A stretch of 64,000 bases of DNA, taken from positions 197,125 through 261,124 of the IMG/VR virus record IMGVR_UViG_3300033153_013547, one strand, 5' to 3'. Position numbers and translations under genes: made by a program. The first letter of the stretch is position 1. Every line of letters starts with the position of its first letter. Shown here in pieces: positions 8,887 to 18,233 of this stretch. A model generated the notes under the pieces. It saw nothing but the letters and a program-made list of their open reading frames with translations, made no database searches and was not told the origin of the DNA.

Positions 8887-11800
8887 TTACCCTGCCCATA
8901 TCCTTATACCAATCCACTCAACATAGACATTTATCAATTCCATAGTTGGTCCAGGGGCAGGTATATCATTTCCTACTGCCCATACCCCTATTCTCAAGCC
9001 ACCATTAGTAGCAACAGTTGGAAGTGTTATGTTCCATGAGGCTTCATACCATGTATCATTAGCCATGTTCCCAAGCACATCTGTTCTTCCTCTGGTTGTT
9101 ATGGCATTAGCATTTGAAACATCATTCCACCACAAATAGAATTTATCCAAATAACTAACATCATTCACTTTTATCCTTGCCCTAATAGTTGCATCACCAC
9201 CATTAGCCCATGCTTTGATTGGCACACCTATTGATACTTCAGACTGCTCATATGTAGGAACATCATCTCTTCGTGCCATCCATGACCATATTCCATGAGC
9301 ATCTGTGCATCCATAATTAGCTCCAAAAGTGAAACCATATACTGGAGCAGCAGTTACTGTGGCTGCTGCAGTTTCCCCACCATGAGCAGTCATATCAGAA
9401 TACCATCTTAGCCCACCTTCAGCATCTTCAGCAAGGTCTTGACCTTGGAAAACTTCTCCATTTTCAATACCTAATTGATGAACTTTTCCATTTGGGTCTA
9501 CACCTTTGAAACGATTGTCATTGCTGTCATTGATCCATTGCCCATAATTAGCAATTATATCAGGGAGACCCAGATTTTGTTCCCTAGTAGAAAGAACACC
9601 CTCAACAGTTAGTAAAGTTACTGGTGCTGCTGTTCCTATACCAATTCTATCAAGACCAGCATCCAAGAAGAATAAATTAGCATCTCCAGTAGAAGCCATC
9701 CTCCAATTGAAATCCCCTGCAGCATTATTGATCACAGTATCTGCCGTAGGTTGTCTTAACACATATTGGGTATGAACATCTCCAACAGCAAGATTGTTCA
9801 ATACATTGTGATCAATAGCAGTTTCATCTAAATCTATAGTAACAAAGTCCCCACCATCTGTGTAGGTTAAGGGTGTTAAAGTTCTCAAAACCCCATCATT
9901 AGAAGCTGCACCAATATATCCTGCTGTTGCTGCTGCATCTATTTTTACTTTTTCATCTGCTCCTCCTCCTGCTCCCCAACTAAGGACACCCCCACCATTT
10001 GTTTGTAAGACATCTCCTGCTCCACCATCAGCATTGGGTAACACCCAAATTTGATCTGCTCCTAGAGCAGGAGCCTCAAATCCTACATAATTAGTGCCTT
10101 CATAAAATCTACACTCACCTTGATCTTTGATCAGAACGTTTGTTGCTACTTGTAATTGGTCAGTTACATTTGTGCCTGTATAAGTAATTGTTCCAGAGGT
10201 TGAGTTGTTGATCAATACACAATCATGCAACTCTACAGTGCCACTGCTACTTGACTTTACATCATCATCTGTGGCATTGAATACACAATTATCTGCATAA
10301 ATATAGGCATTATCACCAGATGCATTGCTACCATAACTACTGGCTGCTGCACTTTCAGTAACCAATGTAGAACAATTGTATAAATACAGAAAAGCATCAT
10401 TAGAGGAACCATTATCATAACAATAAAATCCCCGTCCAGAGCCGCCACCAATAGAAAGCGTAGTTTGCACATTATAACAACGTAGAGTGGTGGCTGCCTC
10501 AGAACTTGCAGTAGTATAATAGTAAATACCATAACAAGAATTATCAGTGGAAGTAATATTTATAGTTGTGTCCCAGATCTCACCACTGGCACACAAGAAA
10601 TAAATACCTCTCTGAATGCCAGTATGACTGTTCATATTTATCTCAACATTTTGGATAAAAATGTCAGTCAAATTATTTCCACCACTACCATCAGCTCTGA
10701 TACTATAACAACCTGCAGCAGTGACATCAATAGTTAGATCTCTGATACACACATGGCTAACAATAATATCAAAAATGCTCTTACTGTCTGTAACACAGGT
10801 AATTGTAGTAATGCCCTTGCCCTGGCCAACAATAGATATACTTTTAGTAATATCAATATTGTCTGTAATAGTATATGTGCCAGCAGCCAATACCAGAGTG
10901 TCACCTGCAGTTGCTGCGGTTATGGCAGCATCAATATCATCAGTAATATCTAAATAAGTAATGTTGCTACCAGTAATCTCAAGATTTTTTGTAGTTGTTT
11001 TCCCAGTGGTGATTAGGTTTTCGTCATCAAAACTGATATCTCCACCAGTGGCAGTTATCTCAAGATCTGCACTTACTGCAGCGATATGACATATATCTGG
11101 GATAGTGGTTGTTGTAAAACTTAGATAATTAGTATTATCACCACTTGCTTTTAGATTGAAAGATCCTGTGGTTTTGAAGTCAAAATTACCACCATCTGAA
11201 TTAACGCCGTCATGTTCTAAAACATCTCCATCATGAAGATGTGCAGGTATGGGCCCCCAAGACAGAACTCCTGCTCCATTGGTTATCAATAGATCATTGA
11301 GATTTCCATCAACAGCAGGTAATACCCAGATCTGGTCCGCACCTAATGCTGGAGCCTCAAATCCTACATAATTAGCACCCTCATAAAAACGAAGTTCGTT
11401 GTTGGAACCTCCAATAAGTATGTTGCCACTTGTCTGCAAACTATGAATATCTACATCCCCATTCTTATCCCATTCATAGAGTGTAACAACACCAATCTTC
11501 ATTGTAGTAGGTATTGGTGCCCCTGGGTCTGGGTTGGCTGTTCTGATAATTTTTATCCAATAGCCTGCACTTGTTTCTGCACCACCTGGGTCTCCATTAT
11601 TTGTCCAGAGAGCAGATATGTCTTCTAAGGGCCAGTGAATAAGCCCTGATTTCTGGAAACCATCTGTGGCATCTTCTGGATAAAATTGTGTCCAAGTATC
11701 TGCTGCTGTATTATACCAAAAAGTTGGGGTCACAGGCTTTGTCCCTGGTGTCCCCATAACAACTTCTATTTCTGAAAATTGAGAAGTAGAGCCAATATAA

Positions 11801-13566
11801 ACCTCATCATTTTTTTTCACAAAACATTCTATGCCATCTATACCATCAGCCCAATTTACTCCACTATTGATTTTTCTACCAGCATATTCTGTCTGTGAAG
11901 GAGAGGCATAAGTGCCAATATGTTGATGAATAGGTGCAACATAAGCATGAACACCCAGCCCCACAATCTTCCCACTTGGCTCACCATTAGCAGTAGAAAC
12001 ATCAAAGAAATGAATATGTGAATTGGCATGTTGCAAACTTACATCAGCAATAGCATCATAAGCAGTAAAAAGTGCTCCTGCTGTGTTTGGAACAGAGAAG
12101 TCATGATGAATGTCTCCCTCTGTAATATGAATTGCATCTGTATTAGCTCTTGCTGGGCCAATAAGACCAGAAGGCATTACAATCCTAATACCCTCAAGGC
12201 TTTCTGGAACATTAGACGCATCTACTCCACTCAAATTAACGGCTATTCCTCTAATTCTTGTGTCTGCTCCAGTGGGGTCTAAAGCATCACCCAAAATACG
12301 AAGACAAGTAAGATGAGCCTCAGCATCCAGTGCAACTTGGTTCTGTATGTCTATAATTTGATTACCTGTTCCAGTAGCAATAGATGGCTTTACTTCAAGT
12401 GCTCCTGTGAGTGGATCATTTGAACAATCTAACTTTAGAAAAGTAGCATCTACTTCTGCTTCTGTGTAATATCTATTATCTAACTGCCCAGCATCAAGTT
12501 CTACTTGAGTATAAAATCTTGCTTCTGGGTCTTGCCAGGCAGGAATGCCTGCTGCTATACCAAGATAATCACCTGCACTGCCTATACCAAGTCTTGTGGG
12601 TGTGCCTGTGTTGTTAGAGGAATAAATAATGTCTCCAGTGGTTGTAAGGGGGTTGGTTATTGCTGCTACCCATGCTGTATTGTTGCCATAATACATGGTG
12701 TGGGTATCTTCTGCATAAATTACTTTGCTCTCATCATCTGCTGTCCATGTTGGTAAAGTTTCTGCACGTTCTATTTCACAATATCCATTGAAATAACTTA
12801 CTGGTAGCTCAAATCTTGAAAGGGTATTCCCCTCCACATATATTTCTATAGTTGGATCAACAACTGAAGAACCCTCAAGATCATCAACTATAATGGCATG
12901 TAGTTTTACAACAATTCTATCTGTCTGGCTGATCAAATGATCCCTGAGTTTGATCTCAAGATTGAATTCTTCTTGGGGTATGTATTCAGATGGTATAGTG
13001 TCAGACGTTTCTCTCTGTAATTCTGGAGATAATTGACTAATTGCCAATAGGGTTTCTACCCCAGTTTCACTCCTGGAGTAAATATCATAATATAGTCTTA
13101 TGCCTCTATATTGAGCACTTATTCTCAATGCATGAATATGCATGTGAGCTATTCCATCACCAATTACTTCAACTCCAGGAACACCTACGTCTGTGATCCA
13201 TTGACCTATAATATTGTCTTCATATGTAAGCACAAAACGTAGAGCTGTTACATTGTTGGGTGATCTTGTCTCCAACATTTCCATGTAATCAGTTACATCA
13301 GAAGTGGATTCATCTGAATATAAATAATAATATATGGAATTAGGGTTGTGTCCTAATGGTTCCCATCCAAAATAATCTCCTGAATAATTTACTCCTTCAT
13401 TTCTTTCATATATCAAGGAACCCTGTCTTCTTTCTGTCCAGTGGGGTAAAGATAACAATCTACGGATAAGTGATCCATTTTGTGTAAGAGTATTGACTGT
13501 ATTCCTAACCAACGTTTGTTGCTTGTTGATTAGTTCTCTTTTCAGGGATTCTTGTGATTGAGCCAT
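8887..13566 (-). CDS. tail fibre/tailspike with a central parallel beta-helix (depolymerase-like) module, ~1560 aa
   Basis: G/A/T/D-rich; tail-fibre motifs (GDIIYS...RLGIGSAGDYL, RIGIGTAAP); DIDAAITAATAGDTLVLAAGTYTITDNIDITKSISIVGQG is a typical beta-helix cap; internal ~48-aa repeat. Confidence 0.75.
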   Translation of the reverse strand: MAQSQESLKRELINKQQTLVRNTVNTLTQNGSLIRRLLSLPHWTERRQGSLIYERNEGVNYSGDYFGWEPLGHNPNSIYYYLYSDESTSDVTDYMEMLETRSPNNVTALRFVLTYEDNIIGQWITDVGVPGVEVIGDGIAHMHIHALRISAQYRGIRLYYDIYSRSETGVETLLAISQLSPELQRETSDTIPSEYIPQEEFNLEIKLRDHLISQTDRIVVKLHAIIVDDLEGSSVVDPTIEIYVEGNTLSRFELPVSYFNGYCEIERAETLPTWTADDESKVIYAEDTHTMYYGNNTAWVAAITNPLTTTGDIIYSSNNTGTPTRLGIGSAGDYLGIAAGIPAWQDPEARFYTQVELDAGQLDNRYYTEAEVDATFLKLDCSNDPLTGALEVKPSIATGTGNQIIDIQNQVALDAEAHLTCLRILGDALDPTGADTRIRGIAVNLSGVDASNVPESLEGIRIVMPSGLIGPARANTDAIHITEGDIHHDFSVPNTAGALFTAYDAIADVSLQHANSHIHFFDVSTANGEPSGKIVGLGVHAYVAPIHQHIGTYASPSQTEYAGRKINSGVNWADGIDGIECFVKKNDEVYIGSTSQFSEIEVVMGTPGTKPVTPTFWYNTAADTWTQFYPEDATDGFQKSGLIHWPLEDISALWTNNGDPGGAETSAGYWIKIIRTANPDPGAPIPTTMKIGVVTLYEWDKNGDVDIHSLQTSGNILIGGSNNELRFYEGANYVGFEAPALGADQIWVLPAVDGNLNDLLITNGAGVLSWGPIPAHLHDGDVLEHDGVNSDGGNFDFKTTGSFNLKASGDNTNYLSFTTTTIPDICHIAAVSADLEITATGGDISFDDENLITTGKTTTKNLEITGSNITYLDITDDIDAAITAATAGDTLVLAAGTYTITDNIDITKSISIVGQGKGITTITCVTDSKSIFDIIVSHVCIRDLTIDVTAAGCYSIRADGSGGNNLTDIFIQNVEINMNSHTGIQRGIYFLCASGEIWDTTINITSTDNSCYGIYYYTTASSEAATTLRCYNVQTTLSIGGGSGRGFYCYDNGSSNDAFLYLYNCSTLVTESAAASSYGSNASGDNAYIYADNCVFNATDDDVKSSSSGTVELHDCVLINNSTSGTITYTGTNVTDQLQVATNVLIKDQGECRFYEGTNYVGFEAPALGADQIWVLPNADGGAGDVLQTNGGGVLSWGAGGGADEKVKIDAAATAGYIGAASNDGVLRTLTPLTYTDGGDFVTIDLDETAIDHNVLNNLAVGDVHTQYVLRQPTADTVINNAAGDFNWRMASTGDANLFFLDAGLDRIGIGTAAPVTLLTVEGVLSTREQNLGLPDIIANYGQWINDSNDNRFKGVDPNGKVHQLGIENGEVFQGQDLAEDAEGGLRWYSDMTAHGGETAAATVTAAPVYGFTFGANYGCTDAHGIWSWMARRDDVPTYEQSEVSIGVPIKAWANGGDATIRARIKVNDVSYLDKFYLWWNDVSNANAITTRGRTDVLGNMANDTWYEASWNITLPTVATNGGLRIGVWAVGNDIPAPGPTMELINVYVEWIGIRIWAG
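9973..10110 (-). repeat. internal repeat copy 2 in tail fibre (RFYEGxNYVGFEAPALGADQIWVLP...TNGxGVLSWG)
   Basis: Shares exact 25-mer ggagcctcaaatcctacataattag (10070-10094) with 11351-11375. Confidence 0.9.
11257..11394 (-). repeat. internal repeat copy 1 in tail fibre
   Basis: Protein repeat visible twice in the translation; exact 25-bp DNA core. Confidence 0.9.
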
Positions 13567-13580
13567 GAACACTACATCCA

Positions 13581-13619
13581 ATTATATCATACATGCAGTC
13601 CTAAGTTTTTTTAGGACTG
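13581..13619 (-). promoter_or_regulatory. extended -10 element (TGaTATAAT) preceded by a 9-bp inverted repeat, upstream of the tail fibre
   Basis: Minus strand reads CAGTCCTAA-AAAAAC-TTAGGACTG-catgtaTGATATAAT; no U-tract follows the hairpin. Confidence 0.45.
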
Positions 13620-13620
13620 G

Positions 13621-14208
13621 CTATTCAACTATAAATGATTCTCCATTGGTGTTGAGTATTTTATAAGGAGGCTTTACATTAGAAGCTGTAGCTCCACCAG
13701 TTCTAAGAGTTAGAGCCAACCTATCTATTGAACTCATATTTAGATTCATAGTTGCATATAAAGCACCATAGGCTTGTGAAACAGCAATACCAATTGCAGC
13801 AAAGTCATAAGGATGTTCAATATGAGCAAATGATCCATCAATAATATACATATTCCCAGGCCAAGCTACAATGGTGTGACCAAGAATGTAGGCTCTGTTG
13901 TTGTCTTCAGAAATAAATAGGCCATCTCCCGTGGCCTCAATCAAGTTGTTGATGAATTCCCACATAATTTGGTCAGAAGATCGAAAGTTCCCTCTTTTGT
14001 CAGTAGTTTTAGGGAATTTCATGCTGTTCTGGAGTATTTTGATAAATCTCACACAACCAGCAGAGCCAACAATAAATCCATCCTTGGCAAAAACTTTAAG
14101 CAAATTAGAATTAGATATACAATACTCATCACCATCCACACTGATACTACTATCAGCACCCATCCAAATTACGTCGTCTTTACCATGAATACCAACAACA
14201 AGTGTCAT
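13621..14208 (-). CDS. HslV/proteasome-beta-like Ntn-hydrolase peptidase
   Basis: N-terminal M-T-LVVG (Thr1 nucleophile), MGADS, KVF, GSAG, FAAIG...AYGAL. Confidence 0.75.
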   Translation of the reverse strand: MTLVVGIHGKDDVIWMGADSSISVDGDEYCISNSNLLKVFAKDGFIVGSAGCVRFIKILQNSMKFPKTTDKRGNFRSSDQIMWEFINNLIEATGDGLFISEDNNRAYILGHTIVAWPGNMYIIDGSFAHIEHPYDFAAIGIAVSQAYGALYATMNLNMSSIDRLALTLRTGGATASNVKPPYKILNTNGESFIVE

Positions 14209-14621
14209 ACACAACTCCTGACAAAAGCTTTCCTGTCTAATATATTAGTCTCAATACCAAATTTCTGTAGTATATTCTCAAATATTTCTGTGTGGCTCTG
14301 TGATGATCTTATTGTAAGTGTTTTCTGTGTAGCAACTTGTGAAATTCCTTCAATCAATATAACCATGTAGTCAGCACTATGACCAAATCTAATAATAAAC
14401 ACTGGTATGCTATTATTAGCCATAGCTCGTCTAAAATGGACTACTAAACCTTCTCTGCTCAAAATATATTTATTACTTGACGTATGTTTGGCTTCTACAT
14501 AGTAGCCCTGCCCACGAACATCAGATTTGTCTATAGGTTTGGCGCCGGAGGCGACCGTGCGCCTCCCGGATAGGTCCTTGGCAATGTCTTCCTCCAAAAT
14601 TATCCAGTTAGGCTTTCCCAT
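14205..14621 (-). CDS. PD-(D/E)xK nuclease, Hjc-like Holliday junction resolvase
   Basis: SGA...KSDV...YVEAKHT motif. Confidence 0.7.
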   Translation of the reverse strand: MGKPNWIILEEDIAKDLSGRRTVASGAKPIDKSDVRGQGYYVEAKHTSSNKYILSREGLVVHFRRAMANNSIPVFIIRFGHSADYMVILIEGISQVATQKTLTIRSSQSHTEIFENILQKFGIETNILDRKAFVRSCV

Positions 14622-14872
14622 TATCCCCTGATATTTCTTGGATCCTTGCCATATGTTCTCTTGTCCTTGGATATTGTGCCATCTACATTGTGAATAGTTA
14701 GCTCTGCCTTACCACCTTCTTCCTTGATAGCACGACCAACTTCTACAGCCTTCCTGACTGTCTTTGACTTAGTGCTATACACGTCTAATATCCTTCCGTT
14801 CTTCTTGACTTTCCACTCTTTGCTTTTTTTATTATACGTTACACTCAAATTTTGTCTTTTCTTACTCATCAT
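14621..14872 (-). CDS. DUF2188-like protein
   Basis: WKVKKNG...ELTIHNVDGTI...TYGKDPRNIRG pattern. Confidence 0.7.
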   Translation of the reverse strand: MMSKKRQNLSVTYNKKSKEWKVKKNGRILDVYSTKSKTVRKAVEVGRAIKEEGGKAELTIHNVDGTISKDKRTYGKDPRNIRG

Positions 14873-15196
14873 TTATTCCTTTGCAAAACCTTTTCCATTA
14901 TCATACATATCTAAGGGATTACACACAATCTCTTCATCCATATCAATCTTTTGAGCAAGATATTGGGACACTATTCCTGCCTCAAAAATAGCTGAAGACC
15001 CAGACATCGCAAAACCCTTATGGTTTGTCACAACAACCTGATCATTATCTACAAGTATTTCCCAAAGAAAATAACATTGCTTGTTTTCATCATGAGTCTT
15101 AGTAATTGTTACAACAAACAAGAAATTGAAATATTTGAACTTGGCTACTGACATGCCATCCATTCCTTCTACTTCTTCAAAATATAGATCCATCAT
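14873..15196 (-). CDS. hypothetical protein
   Basis: ORF abutting neighbours on the coding strand. Confidence 0.6.
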   Translation of the reverse strand: MMDLYFEEVEGMDGMSVAKFKYFNFLFVVTITKTHDENKQCYFLWEILVDNDQVVVTNHKGFAMSGSSAIFEAGIVSQYLAQKIDMDEEIVCNPLDMYDNGKGFAKE

Positions 15197-15523
15197 TTAC
15201 TCCTCAATTCTTTTTACCTGATCAATTGAAATAGGCTCATAGCACCTTATTTGCCAATCATCACCTGCATACTTTCCTACAGGCAGCGTTACTTCCAACA
15301 ATACTTCTGGAACAGCCCATTCTCCACTGCCATCGTTTTTGCCATATCGAGCATGTTCTTTCTTCAAAGCAAGCCATGTTACACGACTCATCAAAGAGCC
15401 TTCCCAATATTGGTTCTTACGCCCCCATAAAACCCCTTCTTCCTGTATTTCCTTCCATGCTTTCTCTGTTGTGGCATGATATGCCTTAAAGACTGGTTTA
15501 TTCATCAACACTTCTTCCGTCAT
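15197..15523 (-). CDS. small protein with possible ADP-ribosyltransferase-like fold
   Basis: AYHATT...EIQEEGVL...VTWLA...ARYG...VLLEVTLP resembles the YHxT strand and following elements of ART-fold proteins. Confidence 0.4.
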   Translation of the reverse strand: MTEEVLMNKPVFKAYHATTEKAWKEIQEEGVLWGRKNQYWEGSLMSRVTWLALKKEHARYGKNDGSGEWAVPEVLLEVTLPVGKYAGDDWQIRCYEPISIDQVKRIEE

Positions 15524-15612
15524 TTATTTTGTCACCCCAATGACTATACATACTTCCTGCCATCAATAAATCTCTGTAAAACTTTCTCTTGAATGCTCTT
15601 GTTCAGTTCATT

Positions 15613-15900
15613 TTACTCATCATCCAAATACTCAGGCTCATATTCTTCCCCATCCATATATGCCTGTATTTTTTTATATGCTTGTTTTCTATTGTTGTCA
15701 GCCTCAGCATTTTTCTCTGCATTCTCTGCTGCTTTTCTTAATATTGTGGTTGTTTTGTATTTCAACACTTCTTCTACTCGTGAATCTGGCTGATCATCTC
15801 TCCATGCCTTACATTTAGGACAGCATTCCATAGACTTTGGATGAATATAATCATGCTCACATTCACAATCCCAATACCTTGGATCAAGTTCAATAGTCAT
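15613..15900 (-). CDS. hypothetical protein with Cys/His cluster (CEC..YIH...CCPKC)
   Basis: ORF with RBS; probable Zn-binding. Confidence 0.55.
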   Translation of the reverse strand: MTIELDPRYWDCECEHDYIHPKSMECCPKCKAWRDDQPDSRVEEVLKYKTTTILRKAAENAEKNAEADNNRKQAYKKIQAYMDGEEYEPEYLDDE

Positions 15901-15906
15901 TTTGTC

Positions 15907-16257
15907 TCACCTCACATTCACTGGTTTGTCTGTTATATCTATCAGACAAAGATTTGGGGCATCTCCATAACCATCAGACCCATCTATCTCAAGATAGAAG
16001 ATCTTCTTCTCTTGTAGAACATTGTATAAATAGTCAATGATACCATCTATATCATATTGATCTATCTTATTTACAAATGCCTTTGTAAAATAACTATATT
16101 CATCCTCATCAAAAGATCCTGATGTAATAGAACTCTTGATGTTATCAAGATCTGGCTTGAACCGTTTAAACAGATTCTTTATGCCTTCTTTGCTATAATT
16201 CACTAGATAAATATATTCACCACCAAATGAAGTATAAACTATCATTGTTGTCGTCAT
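15907..16257 (-). CDS. hypothetical protein
   Basis: GGAGG RBS; ORF on the coding strand. Confidence 0.6.
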   Translation of the reverse strand: MTTTMIVYTSFGGEYIYLVNYSKEGIKNLFKRFKPDLDNIKSSITSGSFDEDEYSYFTKAFVNKIDQYDIDGIIDYLYNVLQEKKIFYLEIDGSDGYGDAPNLCLIDITDKPVNVR

Positions 16258-16471
16258 TGTGCTTCCTCCACTTTTTATTATTGACTACCAGCAGAATTAC
16301 CCAGTTAGGTTTTTTCATTCTGACCCCTGTTTATCAACCCATTATATGATTGTTGCTCTATACAAATGGACATTCCCGTCATCTGCTATAGCATAGAAAT
16401 ACCATGTAACCTGATCATTAGAATAGTACGCTACTCCATCTATTATAACTGTATAAGCAAAACCACTGTTA

Positions 16472-16810
16472 TCACTTACATCCCCAAATAAAGTAGATTA
16501 TATGAATAATTATGGACGATACAGATAGCAAGATTGCCCAATTGGCTTTCCAGATAGCACTTCTACCAAGAAAAATGTCTCTCGCATCCTTCAGATCATT
16601 TTTCCAGTGTTCCTCGCTTAAACATATTTCTCTACCATAATAAATTGCGCTCGGATCAGCGTAAATTTTAACCCTCCACCACTTATTTCGTATATCAATA
16701 ATGGTTTTGTCTGGCAGCATTTTAGAATACAAACTTTCTAAACGCAATCTTTCTTTACTTTCACGGGTAGGCAGATCTGACTTACTTTGTCCTATGATCT
16801 CATCATTCAT
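16472..16810 (-). CDS. C-terminally membrane-anchored protein, paralog of 20873-21184
   Basis: Shared SKE.R.E..Y.K..P.K.I..I...WWR...Y.D...G.E.CL....WK.DL.DA...F and C-terminal TM helix. Confidence 0.65.
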   Translation of the reverse strand: MNDEIIGQSKSDLPTRESKERLRLESLYSKMLPDKTIIDIRNKWWRVKIYADPSAIYYGREICLSEEHWKNDLKDARDIFLGRSAIWKANWAILLSVSSIIIHIIYFIWGCK

Positions 16811-16867
16811 TTTTTCACCTCTTACCTCTTTATTATCCTTATCCCATCTCCTTCCATGATCACCCAG

Positions 16868-17221
16868 TTAGGTTTGGGGAACAATAGCAACACCTGCTAC
16901 TCCTTCATCAGAATCATTTAGTAATTGATCTATAAGGTCTTGAACTTTTTTGTCATCTTGCTGGGCTTTTTTTATTGCAATTATCAGTTGAATAGCATCA
17001 ACAATACTCATAACAGACATGATCAAGAGCAATGCAGCAGCAATTTGGGGATTGATGCCAAGGAACTTGACGAGACGAAATGCCTGTGTTTTAGCGTTTC
17101 CTTTTAGAATATACCTGCCAACAAACACAGTCAGACCCCTAATACCATATATGCCTCCAATACCGATAGTCATCCCATCACGAGTTTTTTGCCACCAAGA
17201 TTTTGACTGTTCGTTCATCAC
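16868..17221 (-). CDS. hypothetical membrane protein
   Basis: Two hydrophobic segments. Confidence 0.55.
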   Translation of the reverse strand: MMNEQSKSWWQKTRDGMTIGIGGIYGIRGLTVFVGRYILKGNAKTQAFRLVKFLGINPQIAAALLLIMSVMSIVDAIQLIIAIKKAQQDDKKVQDLIDQLLNDSDEGVAGVAIVPQT

Positions 17222-17236
17222 TTGTTCTCCTATCTC

Positions 17237-17758
17237 TTATTTCTTCAAGTTTCTATCCAAATCCAGCATACGAATTATGATTTGCTGGGGATTGATATCA
17301 GATCCTTTGCTACGATTGAACGATTTATCAACCATCATCATATTTGACACGGTTGTTTGACCGCCTTTTGAATATGGTATCACATGATCTGCATCCATAT
17401 TGCTCAATGCCTTATCAAGATTATAGTATGTTTTGTCTGTCATAGGACATTGCATGCCTTGTTTGGCAGCAACTTCTGCACGTATTTTATCACTAAAAAT
17501 ACGCTTACTTCCACCAGCAAATCGTCCATTATAAATGAATCCTGCTATATTGATCACATTTGCCACACAATATGTTGCAAGCAATAGACCAATAGTCATT
17601 CCCAAGATGTTTTTGTTAGCATTTTCTATAACTATGTAACCATCTTTGTAATAGTTTTGCACAAGAAACTTTGCATTTTCGTATGATAATCTGCCATCAC
17701 GAACTAATTGTCTGATGTCTTGATAGTCTATACGATAGCCCGTGTCCTTCTGTTTCAT
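17237..17758 (-). CDS. HNH endonuclease with a central hydrophobic segment
   Basis: CPMT...MDADHVIPYSKGGQTTVSNMMMVDKSFNRSKG. Confidence 0.75.
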   Translation of the reverse strand: MKQKDTGYRIDYQDIRQLVRDGRLSYENAKFLVQNYYKDGYIVIENANKNILGMTIGLLLATYCVANVINIAGFIYNGRFAGGSKRIFSDKIRAEVAAKQGMQCPMTDKTYYNLDKALSNMDADHVIPYSKGGQTTVSNMMMVDKSFNRSKGSDINPQQIIIRMLDLDRNLKK

Positions 17759-17774
17759 TTACTTTTACCTCAAG

Positions 17775-18218
17775 TTAATCAGATACAGAAACCGAATAAT
17801 AATGTTCTCCAGTTTCTCTATTTATCCAGCTCCATGTACAGGTTATCAAATAACCTTCATCGTCCAATCGTCCTTCCCAAATCTCGTCAGCATGACCATA
17901 TGGAGAAACTTTTTTGAAACCACAAACATGCATTCTATTCAAAAATGTTTGATAATCACCCTTCATGTGATTACCAAAACCTATTTTGATGACTTGTATA
18001 TCTTGTGTGTGATCATCAGTTATATGATTGTCGATTGTCTCTTTAGCGGGTGCTATAATATCTGTTTTCCCCTTGTCAATGGTTTCTTCTGATATAAAGG
18101 ACGACATTGATAAACTCTGTAAAATCATTCCAACAAACAATGAAATGATAATACATACGATAAGGGCTCCGGCAGGTACACCCTGCCCCTTTGGCTTGTT
18201 ACTATATTTGTTGGTCAT
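17775..18218 (-). CDS. N-terminally anchored membrane protein
   Basis: ALIVCIIISLFVGMIL TM helix. Confidence 0.55.
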   Translation of the reverse strand: MTNKYSNKPKGQGVPAGALIVCIIISLFVGMILQSLSMSSFISEETIDKGKTDIIAPAKETIDNHITDDHTQDIQVIKIGFGNHMKGDYQTFLNRMHVCGFKKVSPYGHADEIWEGRLDDEGYLITCTWSWINRETGEHYYSVSVSD

Positions 18219-18233
18219 TAGCCACTCTCCCGA

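Noticed and set aside
16250-16325. Short frame MKKPNWVIL resembling the start of the Hjc-like gene (MGKPNWIIL)
   Set aside because: Only a 9-codon similarity; it may be a recombination scar but cannot be distinguished from chance.
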